Positions 17,939 through 27,013 of a stretch of 64,000 nucleotides of DNA are shown in pieces. The DNA is from Roseimaritima sp. GTDB lineage: Bacteria > Planctomycetota > Planctomycetia > Pirellulales > Pirellulaceae. Under the pieces are notes generated by a model. It saw only the letters and a list, made by a program, of their open reading frames with translations, did not search any database and was not told the origin of the DNA. The position numbers were made by a program, and so were the translations under genes. The stretch is from contig JBLWXR010000002.1 of assembly GCA_048267365.1 (NCBI GenBank), positions 44,240 to 108,239 of the forward strand, read 5' to 3'. Each line of letters opens with the position of its first letter. Position 1 is the first letter of the stretch.

Positions 17939-20900
17939 TTATTCGACAAATTCCTTGGGAAGCTCATATTTGCCCTCCGCTCCGGCACGAGTCGTAATCA
18001 AAAACGCTTGTTGGTCTGCGTTCGACGGGTCGGGGCCCAGCACCCACACCAACAACTGCTCGGGCTGACTGGCTTTGGTAACCGATTTGTCGATATTGGC
18101 TTTCATCACCAGTTGCGTGAGGATCGAACGCAGCGGTTGATCGTTGGCTTTGAAATCACGAATTTGCTGGTTCTGAGTGATCCCGGCTTTTTCCAAATCG
18201 GAACCCAGCAGGATGTATTTTGGTTGCTCGGAACCGGGCGGAATATTAGCGTTCAACTCGTCCATCACCGCTTGGCCGGCAAACTCCAAGCTCTCCTGAT
18301 CGAAGCTGACCGACAGCGGCATTTCCAACATCTGTTCCAGCGTCATCGGCTTGGCCGCCGGCCCTGGGTTCATATCAGCTGCACTGACCAAGTTGCCGCG
18401 CGGCGTGTTGGCGGCCAACAACGTGGCCAGAGCGATGTTGGGACCGGCTTGGGGAGGCAAATAGACGTTGGCGGTGGCCATGTTTTCTGACACGCCGTAA
18501 CGCGAGTACTTCCGCAGCGCATACATCATCTGCGGATACCGCAGCGCCAAGGCTCGCCATGACGGATCGGGTGACGACTGCAGCAGAAAATCTTCCGCCC
18601 ATGCGGGCAACTGTTGCACGGACTCTTCCAGCTTTTTCGCCAGCGCTGCATCGGTCGTGCCCGGACCGGGCATCATGCGAGTTTCCAGGTACCACTGGGG
18701 TTCCAGCGTACTGCTGATCAGCAGGCCCGCGACGTCGGGTTGCAGAAACGCCCGCAACGGTTCGATGTACTCCGGTGCATACTGCTGCAACATCGTACGG
18801 CCATCGGCAAACAGATAATTGGGCAGCAGCAGGATATTCAGTTCGGCGTCGGCGTCGGCGGCTTTCCAAAGGTTTTCCAATTGCCGCGGCAAGGGGATCG
18901 CGGTGCCTTCCAATTCTGCCACCGCCTTGATCTGCTCGACCGAGCCGACGGCAAATCGATCCACCATGGCGTCGGCCGCAGTGTCGGTGACGTAAAACGC
19001 ATCGTCGCCTTCTCCCGCCAACACGGTGACTCCTTCGGGCGTGCGTTGCGGCTCGACGTCCCAGCGCTGTTGCAGCGTGGCCAAGGACAGGGGTTCGACC
19101 AAATGCACCCCCAAAGCGATCCGAGGGATTCCTCCGCCACGACTGTCGAAAGCGATCGTCAGCCGCTCGATCGCTTCCGGCGGCACGCCCAATCGCGGCT
19201 CCAATTGCCGCCAGGCTTCGCCCAGCTCCTGATCAAAGGCCTTCAACATGTCCTGCCCCGTCGGCGACTGCTGCAGCTTGCGAGGCCGGACGACGACGAT
19301 CATTTGCGGACCGCCGGGAATCATGTCCAACGGCGGCGGATCGGCCGGGGAAGGCGGCATCCACAGCGTGCGTTCGTTTTCGACAACGTCAAACCCCGAG
19401 GGATCAACGGCCGGCGGGTCGACCGGGGGCCTGGTCGTCGGCGTCCGGTCAATCGGTTCGTAGGGTCGCTCCGCAAGCGGCTCGGGCCCGACCCGCTTCT
19501 TTTTCCCTGCCGGTCCCAGCAGCATGACCATCATCAACATCGCGGCAAAGCCCAGCCCGCCGATGACCAACGGCCCCCGCATGTTCTTTTTCTTCTTGCG
19601 ACGCCCCGTGGGCGGACGACGCTTGCCAGCCGCCTGACCCGACTTGGGGGCCTTGCCGGACTTGGAGGTCCGACCAGGTGTGGGAGCCTGATCCGACGCG
19701 ACGGACGCCGGTGTCGCGGCAACCGGCTGGGCGGCTGGCTGGACGACCGGTTCGGAAGTTGCCAAAGGCGGCGCAGCCGGAGCCGGGGAGGACGGCGCAC
19801 GGCTTGGGGCCACCGCCGACGATGCAGCGGCCGGCGTCGGTGCGGCGACCGGCGCTGACTCAACGGGCGGCGCTGACTCAACAGGCGGCGCTGACTCGGT
19901 GGGCGGCGCTGTCTCGGTGGGCATCGGCGGGGCGGCGACCGCAGGCGTCTTGGCTGCGGTGGGCGTCTCGGCTGCGGGGGGCGGGGCCGCCGGTTCCGGC
20001 TTTGGCTTGGTCCCGACCGCAGCTCCGTCGGATTGCGGAGCGGGCGCTGGCGGCGCGGGCGTTTTTGACGCAGGCGTTTTCGCAGCGGGCGCCGCAGCAG
20101 AGACTGATGAGGCCGACGACGAAGCTGCAACACCGCTCGTCGGGCTCGAGTTGCCAGACACCGCGGCGATGGGTTTCGGGGCGATGGGTTTCGGGGTGTC
20201 GGGTGTCGGTGTGTCGGGTGTCGGCGTGGTGGGCGTTGTCTGGACGGCCGTGGCGGGAGTCGACGCGGTGGCGGCTCGGCGGCGGACGGCAGAGGTCTGG
20301 GCGGCGTGCCGTTGGACGGCCGTCAGGGCATCCAGCAGTTTGCGGATATCGGCAAAGCGAGCGTCCGCGTTTTTGGCCATGGCATGGCCCACGATCCGCA
20401 GCAGCGGATGAGCCGTACCTTCTCCGCCCAGCGAGCGTTGCAGGGCTCGGGGGATGCTTTGGGCATGCGCCATCAGCAGGTCGTCCGCCGTCTTGGCGAC
20501 AAACGGGGGCTTGCCGGTCCGCGCGTGCAGCAACAGACAGCCCAGCGCGTACTGGTCGGTGAGGGCATCGGAAGCCTGGCCGGGAATCGTAAACTCGGGC
20601 GCCGCGTACAACGTCGGCTGGGCTGGCGGAGCAAACCAGCGGGAATGATGGCTGAGCGGATGTTCGGGACCGCTGACGGCATCGCGGAGCAACCACGTCG
20701 AATCGTCTTCGCCCATCCAGACGCGATCGGGATGGATGCAGCCGTGGGGCAGCGACGCGGCATGCAGCGCCGACAATGCGTTGGCCAGGGCCACGCCGAT
20801 CCGCAGCGTTTGCTCCGAATCACAAGCGCCGGCCCGCAACCGCTCGCTTAGCGATTGCCCCGGTGGCAGTTCCGAAACCACGTACGACTGCCCGCCCTCG

Positions 20901-21313
20901 TGTTCCAGGCGAATCGGCTGCAGCGTAGGCGCATCGACGTTCAGCTGGGCCGCCAGGGTACGGCGATGGAGATCCGACAGATCGGTTTCCAGCGTCCGCA
21001 CCAGCGCCGGAGCCGGATGCCCTTCATTGGCCGCCCAGTACCAATTCTGCCAAGGCGACGGGGCGGGCTGCAAAATGGTATAGGGTCCGATCCGCAGCGT
21101 ATCGCTGCGATCATCCAGGACACACTCGACCTGGTATGGGGTCAGCGAACGCTGTTCGAGCAGGTGGGCCGAGAGCGACGCCACATCCGCCGGCGGCCGG
21201 CCCTGATGATCCTTGGCATAGGCCACTGCCATTTGTCGACAGCGGTCCGCATTGGCGAGCCCGCTATCGGTGAGACGATTCCAGAATTCGTTGACCGACA
21301 GACTCATGAACAA
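17939..21313 (-). CDS. transmembrane Ser/Thr-kinase-like protein (predicted pseudokinase) with P/A/T-rich linker and large extracytoplasmic domain
   Basis: 1124 aa. The kinase C-lobe is recognisable (YVVSELPPGQSL; YAAPEF; DQYALGCLLLHARTGKPPF). There is no Gly-rich loop. VAIK is ALVRTL (Lys to Arg). HRDLKPxN is HGCIHPDR. DFG is DAV. The low-complexity linker has 15- and 18-bp repeats. A basic stretch plus TM follows (RRKKKKNMRGPLVIGGLGFAAMLMMVMLLG). The C-terminal domain is about 520 aa. Confidence 0.8.
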   Translation of the reverse strand: MFMSLSVNEFWNRLTDSGLANADRCRQMAVAYAKDHQGRPPADVASLSAHLLEQRSLTPYQVECVLDDRSDTLRIGPYTILQPAPSPWQNWYWAANEGHPAPALVRTLETDLSDLHRRTLAAQLNVDAPTLQPIRLEHEGGQSYVVSELPPGQSLSERLRAGACDSEQTLRIGVALANALSALHAASLPHGCIHPDRVWMGEDDSTWLLRDAVSGPEHPLSHHSRWFAPPAQPTLYAAPEFTIPGQASDALTDQYALGCLLLHARTGKPPFVAKTADDLLMAHAQSIPRALQRSLGGEGTAHPLLRIVGHAMAKNADARFADIRKLLDALTAVQRHAAQTSAVRRRAATASTPATAVQTTPTTPTPDTPTPDTPKPIAPKPIAAVSGNSSPTSGVAASSSASSVSAAAPAAKTPASKTPAPPAPAPQSDGAAVGTKPKPEPAAPPPAAETPTAAKTPAVAAPPMPTETAPPTESAPPVESAPPVESAPVAAPTPAAASSAVAPSRAPSSPAPAAPPLATSEPVVQPAAQPVAATPASVASDQAPTPGRTSKSGKAPKSGQAAGKRRPPTGRRKKKKNMRGPLVIGGLGFAAMLMMVMLLGPAGKKKRVGPEPLAERPYEPIDRTPTTRPPVDPPAVDPSGFDVVENERTLWMPPSPADPPPLDMIPGGPQMIVVVRPRKLQQSPTGQDMLKAFDQELGEAWRQLEPRLGVPPEAIERLTIAFDSRGGGIPRIALGVHLVEPLSLATLQQRWDVEPQRTPEGVTVLAGEGDDAFYVTDTAADAMVDRFAVGSVEQIKAVAELEGTAIPLPRQLENLWKAADADAELNILLLPNYLFADGRTMLQQYAPEYIEPLRAFLQPDVAGLLISSTLEPQWYLETRMMPGPGTTDAALAKKLEESVQQLPAWAEDFLLQSSPDPSWRALALRYPQMMYALRKYSRYGVSENMATANVYLPPQAGPNIALATLLAANTPRGNLVSAADMNPGPAAKPMTLEQMLEMPLSVSFDQESLEFAGQAVMDELNANIPPGSEQPKYILLGSDLEKAGITQNQQIRDFKANDQPLRSILTQLVMKANIDKSVTKASQPEQLLVWVLGPDPSNADQQAFLITTRAGAEGKYELPKEFVE

Positions 21314-21476
21314 ACAAAGGGCAAGCGGAAGCGAGTAGGGGACCGGGGAGCAGCTACTATCTTAGTTGATACGCGGCTGCCAGTCTTTGACCTAGTATTG
21401 TCGCATATAGATGCTAGCGGGACTAGAATTCGGTCCATCGCGCGAATCCGTTCGTAAAAATTAATAGGTAGTCCGA

Positions 21477-22973
21477 GTGAATATCGTTTTAATCACCACT
21501 GAAGCCGTGCCGTTTGCCAAAACGGGGGGGTTGGCGGACGTCTGCGGCGCGTTGCCCGTACAGTTGGCCGAACATGGCCACGAGGTCACGGTCCTGATGC
21601 CGGCGTTCCGCCAGATCCACAGCGCCGGACAACCGATCACCGAAACCGATATCACCGTTCGGGTCCCCATCCACGGCCGCCAATGGACCGCTCGCCTGGC
21701 CTCTTCGACACTGCCCGGTTCCGACGTTCGAGTGTACTTCATCGATCAGCCAGAACTGTTCGATCGCCCGCAGCTGTACGGCGACGAACATGGCGATTAC
21801 CAAGACAATTGTTTGCGATTCGCCTTTTTCAGCCAAGCCTGCCTGCATGCCATCAGCCGCCTGGAACTGCCCGTCGACATCGTCCACTGCAATGACTGGC
21901 AAACCGGTTTGGTGCCCGCCTATATCAACACCCAGTTCGGCGATCACCCCTGGATGGACCGCGCTGCCACCGTGATGACGATTCACAACCTGGCCTATCA
22001 GGGCGTGTTTCCCAAATACGAACTACCGCTAACCGGCTTCGGCTGGGAACACTTCCGTGCCGACGAACTGGAGTTCTACGACCAGCTGAACCTGCTGAAA
22101 ACGGGGATCGTGTTTGCCGATGCCGTAACCACCGTCAGCGCTCGTTATGCGGAAGAAATCCAAACCGAACAGCACGGCTGTGGCCTGCAAGGCGTGCTGC
22201 ACCGCCGCGCCGCTTCGCTGACCGGAATCCCCAATGGCATCGACACGTCGATCTGGGACCCCGCCACCGATCCGCACTTGGCCGCCAACTATTCGGTCAG
22301 CAATTGGCAAGAGGGCAAAGCCACCAACAAACGCGACCTGCAGGAAACGTTTGGCTTGAATGCTTCGCAACAGGCCCCACTGGTCGGACTGGTCGGACGA
22401 CTGGCCGAACAAAAAGGCTGGGGCTTGGTGATCGAAGCGATGCGTCACTTCCTGTCGACCGGCAACAAGACGCAGTGGGTTGTGCTGGGCACGGGTGATC
22501 GCCGTTACCACACCGCCCTGTCACGCTTGGCCGACCACTATGGCGATCGCTTGGGACTGCACCTCGGCTTCTCCGATGCATTGGCACATCGCATCGAAGC
22601 CGGCTCGGACATCTTCCTCATGCCCAGCCGCTACGAACCCTGCGGATTGAATCAACTGTATAGCCTGCGCTACGGCAGCGTGCCGGTGGTGAATCCCACC
22701 GGTGGCCTGGCCGACACGGTCGTCGACGCCACCAGCGAACATGTCGCCGATGGCACCGCCACGGGCTTCTACTTGCCCACGTTTGACACCTACGGATTGA
22801 TCGAAGCGCTGTCCGCAGCGTTCTCGATGCGAACAAATTCGCCAGAAAAATGGAACCAAATCATTCAAGCCGGAATGACTCGTGACTGGTCCTGGGGGCG
22901 TAGTGCCGTCCGGTACGAGGGGGTTTACGCAACCATAGCCGCCCGTAGGCCAAACGGGTCGAGGGGGCACTGA
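21477..22973 (+). CDS. glgA: glycogen synthase (ADP-glucose type, GT5)
   Basis: 498 aa with a GTG start: NIVLITTEAVPFAKTGGLADVCGALP, and C-terminal PSRYEPCGLNQLYSLRYGSVPV. Confidence 0.9.
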   Translation: MNIVLITTEAVPFAKTGGLADVCGALPVQLAEHGHEVTVLMPAFRQIHSAGQPITETDITVRVPIHGRQWTARLASSTLPGSDVRVYFIDQPELFDRPQLYGDEHGDYQDNCLRFAFFSQACLHAISRLELPVDIVHCNDWQTGLVPAYINTQFGDHPWMDRAATVMTIHNLAYQGVFPKYELPLTGFGWEHFRADELEFYDQLNLLKTGIVFADAVTTVSARYAEEIQTEQHGCGLQGVLHRRAASLTGIPNGIDTSIWDPATDPHLAANYSVSNWQEGKATNKRDLQETFGLNASQQAPLVGLVGRLAEQKGWGLVIEAMRHFLSTGNKTQWVVLGTGDRRYHTALSRLADHYGDRLGLHLGFSDALAHRIEAGSDIFLMPSRYEPCGLNQLYSLRYGSVPVVNPTGGLADTVVDATSEHVADGTATGFYLPTFDTYGLIEALSAAFSMRTNSPEKWNQIIQAGMTRDWSWGRSAVRYEGVYATIAARRPNGSRGH

Positions 22974-23092
22974 CCCCCTGCGCCATTTGCCGACCCAAAA
23001 AACTGGCAAATAGGGATCGGTTGAGAGCGATTTGCACGCTAGGATGACCCCTCTGTCGCCGCCGTGTCGTCTCGAAAAACGGAGAATCTCTC

Positions 23093-24484
23093 GTGCCCAA
23101 AGACTCCAAAAATATCGCAGACGACACTTTACGTTGTTCGCAGTCAGACCTCGATACGCAGCGGCAAACCGCCGCTGCTCAGCCCCACGCTAACCACAGC
23201 GACAGCTCGACCGGCAACAACAGTGTTGGTGGTAACAGTGTCAGTGGTAACAGTGTCGGCGGCAAAACCGGCCCTGCCCCTCCGCCCGCTTCCCGCTTGG
23301 CCGACGCAACGATTCGCCATCGCGTCGATCGCCCCTCTCGCTTGGCGATGGAACCGGCGGGCAGCGGCAGCGGCAGCGAAGTTCGTTACGACGTGCTGAC
23401 CGGACGACAAACCATCTTCGCCGCCGAGCGCGGTGCGCGGCCGGTCGAATTTGTGCGTGAAGTCAAATCGATCACCGACGTCAAGGCTTGCCCTTTTTGC
23501 CACGGCAACGAATCCTTGACTCCGGACACGCTGTTGTCGATGCAAGACGACGAAGCCGATGAACCGTGGCTGGTACGGGTCGTCAACAATAAATATCCGG
23601 CAGTCTCGTTGCTTGACCCGCAACGACACTGCTGCCATGACCCGACCGCGCACGCCGCCGCCCAAGCCGCCCGCAAACGGCGATTTGCCAAAGCTCGCCG
23701 GACTCCCAACCTCTTCCCCACCGGTCCGATGAGCGGTGGCCACGAGGTCATTATCGAATCGCCGCGACACACCACCAGCGTCTCGGAATTGAACATCAAC
23801 CATTTGACCAAAGTTTATGAAGCGATTGCGTCGCGGATCCGCGTCTGGCGAGAGGTCCCCGAAGTCGAATACATCTCGGTGTTCAAAAACGTCGGCCTCC
23901 GCGCCGGCGCTTCGCTCAGCCACGCTCACAGCCAACTGATTGCCGCCGCCATCCTGCCACCCCGCGTCGGCGACCGCATCTACCGCGCCGGCAAACACTA
24001 CGACCAAACCGGCTGCTGCCTGCAATGCGACTTGGTGCGAGCCGAACGCGAGGCCAATGCACGCATCGTGTTTTCCAGCAAGTATCTAACCGCCTATTGC
24101 CCCTACGCTTCGTCACTCCCCTACCTGACCCGGATCGTCCCCAATCAACACGCAGCCCGGTTCGAAGATTCCAGCTGTGAAGTGCTGGCCGATCTGGCTC
24201 AGATGACCCGCCGGTTGGTGCAGTGTTTCGAAAAATTGTTTCCTGGCGTGGACTACAACCATGTCTTGCATACCCGGCCGCCGGGAGCCGAAAACGAAGA
24301 CATCTACCACTGGTCGATGGAGTGGATGCCGCGGATTACCACTCAGGCTGGTTTCGAACATGCGTCGGACTGCTACATTAATCCGACATTCCCTGAAACC
24401 GCTGCCGCTCAGCTGCGCGATGCCGCGTTGTGCATGAACCCCTTGCGGGTAGCGCAACTGAGATCTGGATATTCCGTCTCATAA
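23093..24484 (+). CDS. GalT-like HIT-superfamily nucleotidyltransferase (galactose-1-phosphate uridylyltransferase / ADP-glucose phosphorylase-like)
   Basis: Zn site CPFCHGNE and active site SHAHSQLIA (HxHxQ). The first 85 or so aa are low complexity and include a 15-bp x3 repeat. ATG 23348 (MEPAGSGSG...) is an alternative start. Confidence 0.7.
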   Translation: MPKDSKNIADDTLRCSQSDLDTQRQTAAAQPHANHSDSSTGNNSVGGNSVSGNSVGGKTGPAPPPASRLADATIRHRVDRPSRLAMEPAGSGSGSEVRYDVLTGRQTIFAAERGARPVEFVREVKSITDVKACPFCHGNESLTPDTLLSMQDDEADEPWLVRVVNNKYPAVSLLDPQRHCCHDPTAHAAAQAARKRRFAKARRTPNLFPTGPMSGGHEVIIESPRHTTSVSELNINHLTKVYEAIASRIRVWREVPEVEYISVFKNVGLRAGASLSHAHSQLIAAAILPPRVGDRIYRAGKHYDQTGCCLQCDLVRAEREANARIVFSSKYLTAYCPYASSLPYLTRIVPNQHAARFEDSSCEVLADLAQMTRRLVQCFEKLFPGVDYNHVLHTRPPGAENEDIYHWSMEWMPRITTQAGFEHASDCYINPTFPETAAAQLRDAALCMNPLRVAQLRSGYSVS

Positions 24485-24561
24485 AGATAAAACGATTGCA
24501 CCCAATTGACCGATAAGTCAGCGGAGGGATCGATCGTACACTCTTATTGCTAGCGTCCATC

Positions 24562-26733
24562 ATGAAGCCTGCTGTTCATCTTTGCTTGGTTTTGCACAAC
24601 CACCAACCCATCGGAAACTTCGATGGCGTCTTCGAAGCCGCTTACCAGGACAGCTACCTGCCGTTCCTGGAAGTCTTCGAGCCGTATGACCAGCTGAACA
24701 TTTCGCTGCACACCAGCGGGCCGCTGATGATCTGGCTGGCCGAGCGGCACCCCGAATACATCGACCGTGTCCGCGCATTGGTGGACGTCGGCCGTATCGA
24801 AATCGTCGGCGGACCGCAGTACGAACCGATCCTGACCATGCTGCCGTCGCGCGACCGCATCGGCCAGATCCAATCCTACGCGTCGTGGTTGCGCCGCACG
24901 CTGGGTACGCATCCGGCCGGAATGTGGACTCCCGAACGCGTATGGGAATCCAACCTGACCGCCTCGGTCGCTCAAGCCGGCATCCAGTACACGGTGCTGG
25001 ACGACTATCACTTCCGAGCTGCCGGCGTCAGCGAACAGGACATGACCGGTTACTTCCTGACCGAAGACGACGGCCATACGTTGCGGATTTTCCCGGGCAG
25101 CGAACGCCTCCGCTACACGATTCCGTTCCAAGCCGCCGCGGACACGATCGCCTATTGCCGCGAAGTCGCCGAACGCTCGCCGGGTGCAGTGCTGACTTTT
25201 GGCGACGATGGTGAAAAGTTTGGCACCTGGCCCGATACCAAAGCCCATGTCTATGAACGCGGCTGGCTGCGAAGCTTCTTCGATGCCTTGACCGAAAACG
25301 CTGAATGGTTGCATACCATCACCTTGGCCCAGGCCGTCCAACAAACTTCGGCCGTGGGCAAGATCTACCTGCCCGATTGCAGTTACCGCGAGATGACCGA
25401 ATGGTCGTTGCCGGTTGAACAACAAACCCAACTGGACGACGCGGTACACGATTTCGAAGCGGACCCGCGTTGGCCAGCACTCCAGCCCTTTGTCCGCGGC
25501 GGTTACTGGCGGAACTTTAAGGTTAAATACGCCGAAGCCAACGAGATGTACGCGCGGATGATGGACATCAGCCGCCGCCTGGCCGAAGCCAAACAAGAAG
25601 GGGTCGACGCCGGCGAATTGGCCTCGGCACTGGACCACCTGTACCGCGGACAATGCAACTGCCCGTACTGGCACGGAGCCTTTGGCGGGATCTACCTGCC
25701 GCACCTGCGGAACGCGGTCTACCAACACTTGATCGAAGCCGACAACCAACTGGAACGCGCCACGCGCGAACCCGCCGCGACTTGGGCGGAAGCCACGGCG
25801 GAAGACTACGACTTTGACGGGCTGCACGAAGTCCGGTTGTCGAGCGACAAACTGGTGGCCATCGTGGCCCCGGGACGCGGCGGTCGGATGACCGAACTGG
25901 ACGTCCGCGATATCGCTCACAACCTGCTGGCCAGCATGCAGCGGCGGCCCGAAGCCTACCATCGCAAAGTCCTGACCGGGCCCAGCGCTGCCGGCGAAGC
26001 GGTCGCCAGCATCCACGACCGCGTGGTGTTCAAACAGGAAGGCCTGGACGAACGCCTGCAGTATGACCGCTATCCTCGCAAGTCGATGATGGATCACTTC
26101 TACGACGAGAACGCTTCGCTGGAAGCGGTGTTCCGCAGCGATGCCCAAGAACGCGGTGATTTTGTCGACCTGCCATTTGAAGCCAAACTGCGTCGCGCGG
26201 TTGATCGCGTGCAACTGCAGATGCGCCGCGACGGCAACGCCTGGGGCATTCCGCTGACGATCACCAAAGCCGTCACCATCGCGGCCGGTTCGGACACTCT
26301 GGAAATCACCTACCTGCTGGAGAATCTGCCGGCAGGAAAGCCACTGCACTTCGGCATCGAATTTAACTTTGCCGGATTGCCCGCCGGTGCCGATGACCGC
26401 TTCTTCTCCGACGCCCAGGGCAACCGCTTGGGACAACTAGGCCAGACCCAAGACCTGCAGGACGTCCAGGGCCTGTCGCTGACCGACCAGTGGCTGGGCA
26501 TCGAAGTTGGCCTGGACATCGATCGTCCCAGCGGCATCTGGGCGTTTCCGGTGGAAACGGTCAGCCAGAGCGAAGGTGGATTCGAACTGGTGCACCAAAG
26601 CGTCTGCGTCCAGCCGCACTGGTTGGTCAGCGGTGATGCGGAAGGTCGCTGGGCGGTCAAAATGTGGCTCCGCAGCAAATCGCTTCGCGAAGCCGCAACC
26701 GCCGAATCGGCCAGCCAAACCGCCTCCGTATAA
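24562..26733 (+). CDS. glycoside hydrolase family 57 protein (alpha-amylase / 4-alpha-glucanotransferase type with DUF1925/1926-like C-terminus)
   Basis: ORF 24547 (TTG), with ATG at 24562. GH57 regions are LVLHNHQPIGNF, GMWTPERVWE (nucleophile Glu region) and FGDDGEKFG (acid/base region). Confidence 0.8.
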   Translation: MKPAVHLCLVLHNHQPIGNFDGVFEAAYQDSYLPFLEVFEPYDQLNISLHTSGPLMIWLAERHPEYIDRVRALVDVGRIEIVGGPQYEPILTMLPSRDRIGQIQSYASWLRRTLGTHPAGMWTPERVWESNLTASVAQAGIQYTVLDDYHFRAAGVSEQDMTGYFLTEDDGHTLRIFPGSERLRYTIPFQAAADTIAYCREVAERSPGAVLTFGDDGEKFGTWPDTKAHVYERGWLRSFFDALTENAEWLHTITLAQAVQQTSAVGKIYLPDCSYREMTEWSLPVEQQTQLDDAVHDFEADPRWPALQPFVRGGYWRNFKVKYAEANEMYARMMDISRRLAEAKQEGVDAGELASALDHLYRGQCNCPYWHGAFGGIYLPHLRNAVYQHLIEADNQLERATREPAATWAEATAEDYDFDGLHEVRLSSDKLVAIVAPGRGGRMTELDVRDIAHNLLASMQRRPEAYHRKVLTGPSAAGEAVASIHDRVVFKQEGLDERLQYDRYPRKSMMDHFYDENASLEAVFRSDAQERGDFVDLPFEAKLRRAVDRVQLQMRRDGNAWGIPLTITKAVTIAAGSDTLEITYLLENLPAGKPLHFGIEFNFAGLPAGADDRFFSDAQGNRLGQLGQTQDLQDVQGLSLTDQWLGIEVGLDIDRPSGIWAFPVETVSQSEGGFELVHQSVCVQPHWLVSGDAEGRWAVKMWLRSKSLREAATAESASQTASV

Positions 26734-26737
26734 GCCC

Positions 26738-26935
26738 CCGTAGCTACGCTCGCCAGAGCGTAGGTGGCTGCCGGCAAACTCGTTTAACCCGTAGCCGCAG
26801 GCGCCGGCGAATACGTTGAGCGCAGCCAGGGACGATTGACCGCACCCTAGACTCTGCCGCGCCCCACCTTCTGGCGAAGGTAGCTACGACTCGCCCGCCG
26901 GAATTCTGGCTCCCAAGCTGGCAGCCTAGGCTACG
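26738..26935. repeat. cluster of degenerate repeat-A arms
   Basis: gtagctacgctcgccagagcgtag (a hairpin), cccgtagccgcagg, ctggcgaaggtagctacgactcgcc and cctaggctacg all resemble the gtagccgaaSTCGCCAGAG arm of family A in both orientations. Boundaries are approximate. Confidence 0.35.
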
Positions 26936-27013
26936 AAGAATGCCCCTGGGCGGTACAATAAGCCACCGCCGTTGCCCCACTCCTCCTAATCTATCTGATC
27001 GCCGGATCTCTCG

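Noticed and set aside
18614-20696. ORFs 18614-19858 (+), 19534-20133 (-), 19678-20562 (+) and 19878-20696 (-)
   Set aside because: All lie inside or antisense to the pseudokinase gene. Most are alternative-frame readings of its P/A-rich repetitive linker.
24550-26436. 628-aa minus-strand ORF
   Set aside because: It is antisense to the GH57 gene, which has clear catalytic motifs. The translation is low complexity (R/G/V/F-rich).
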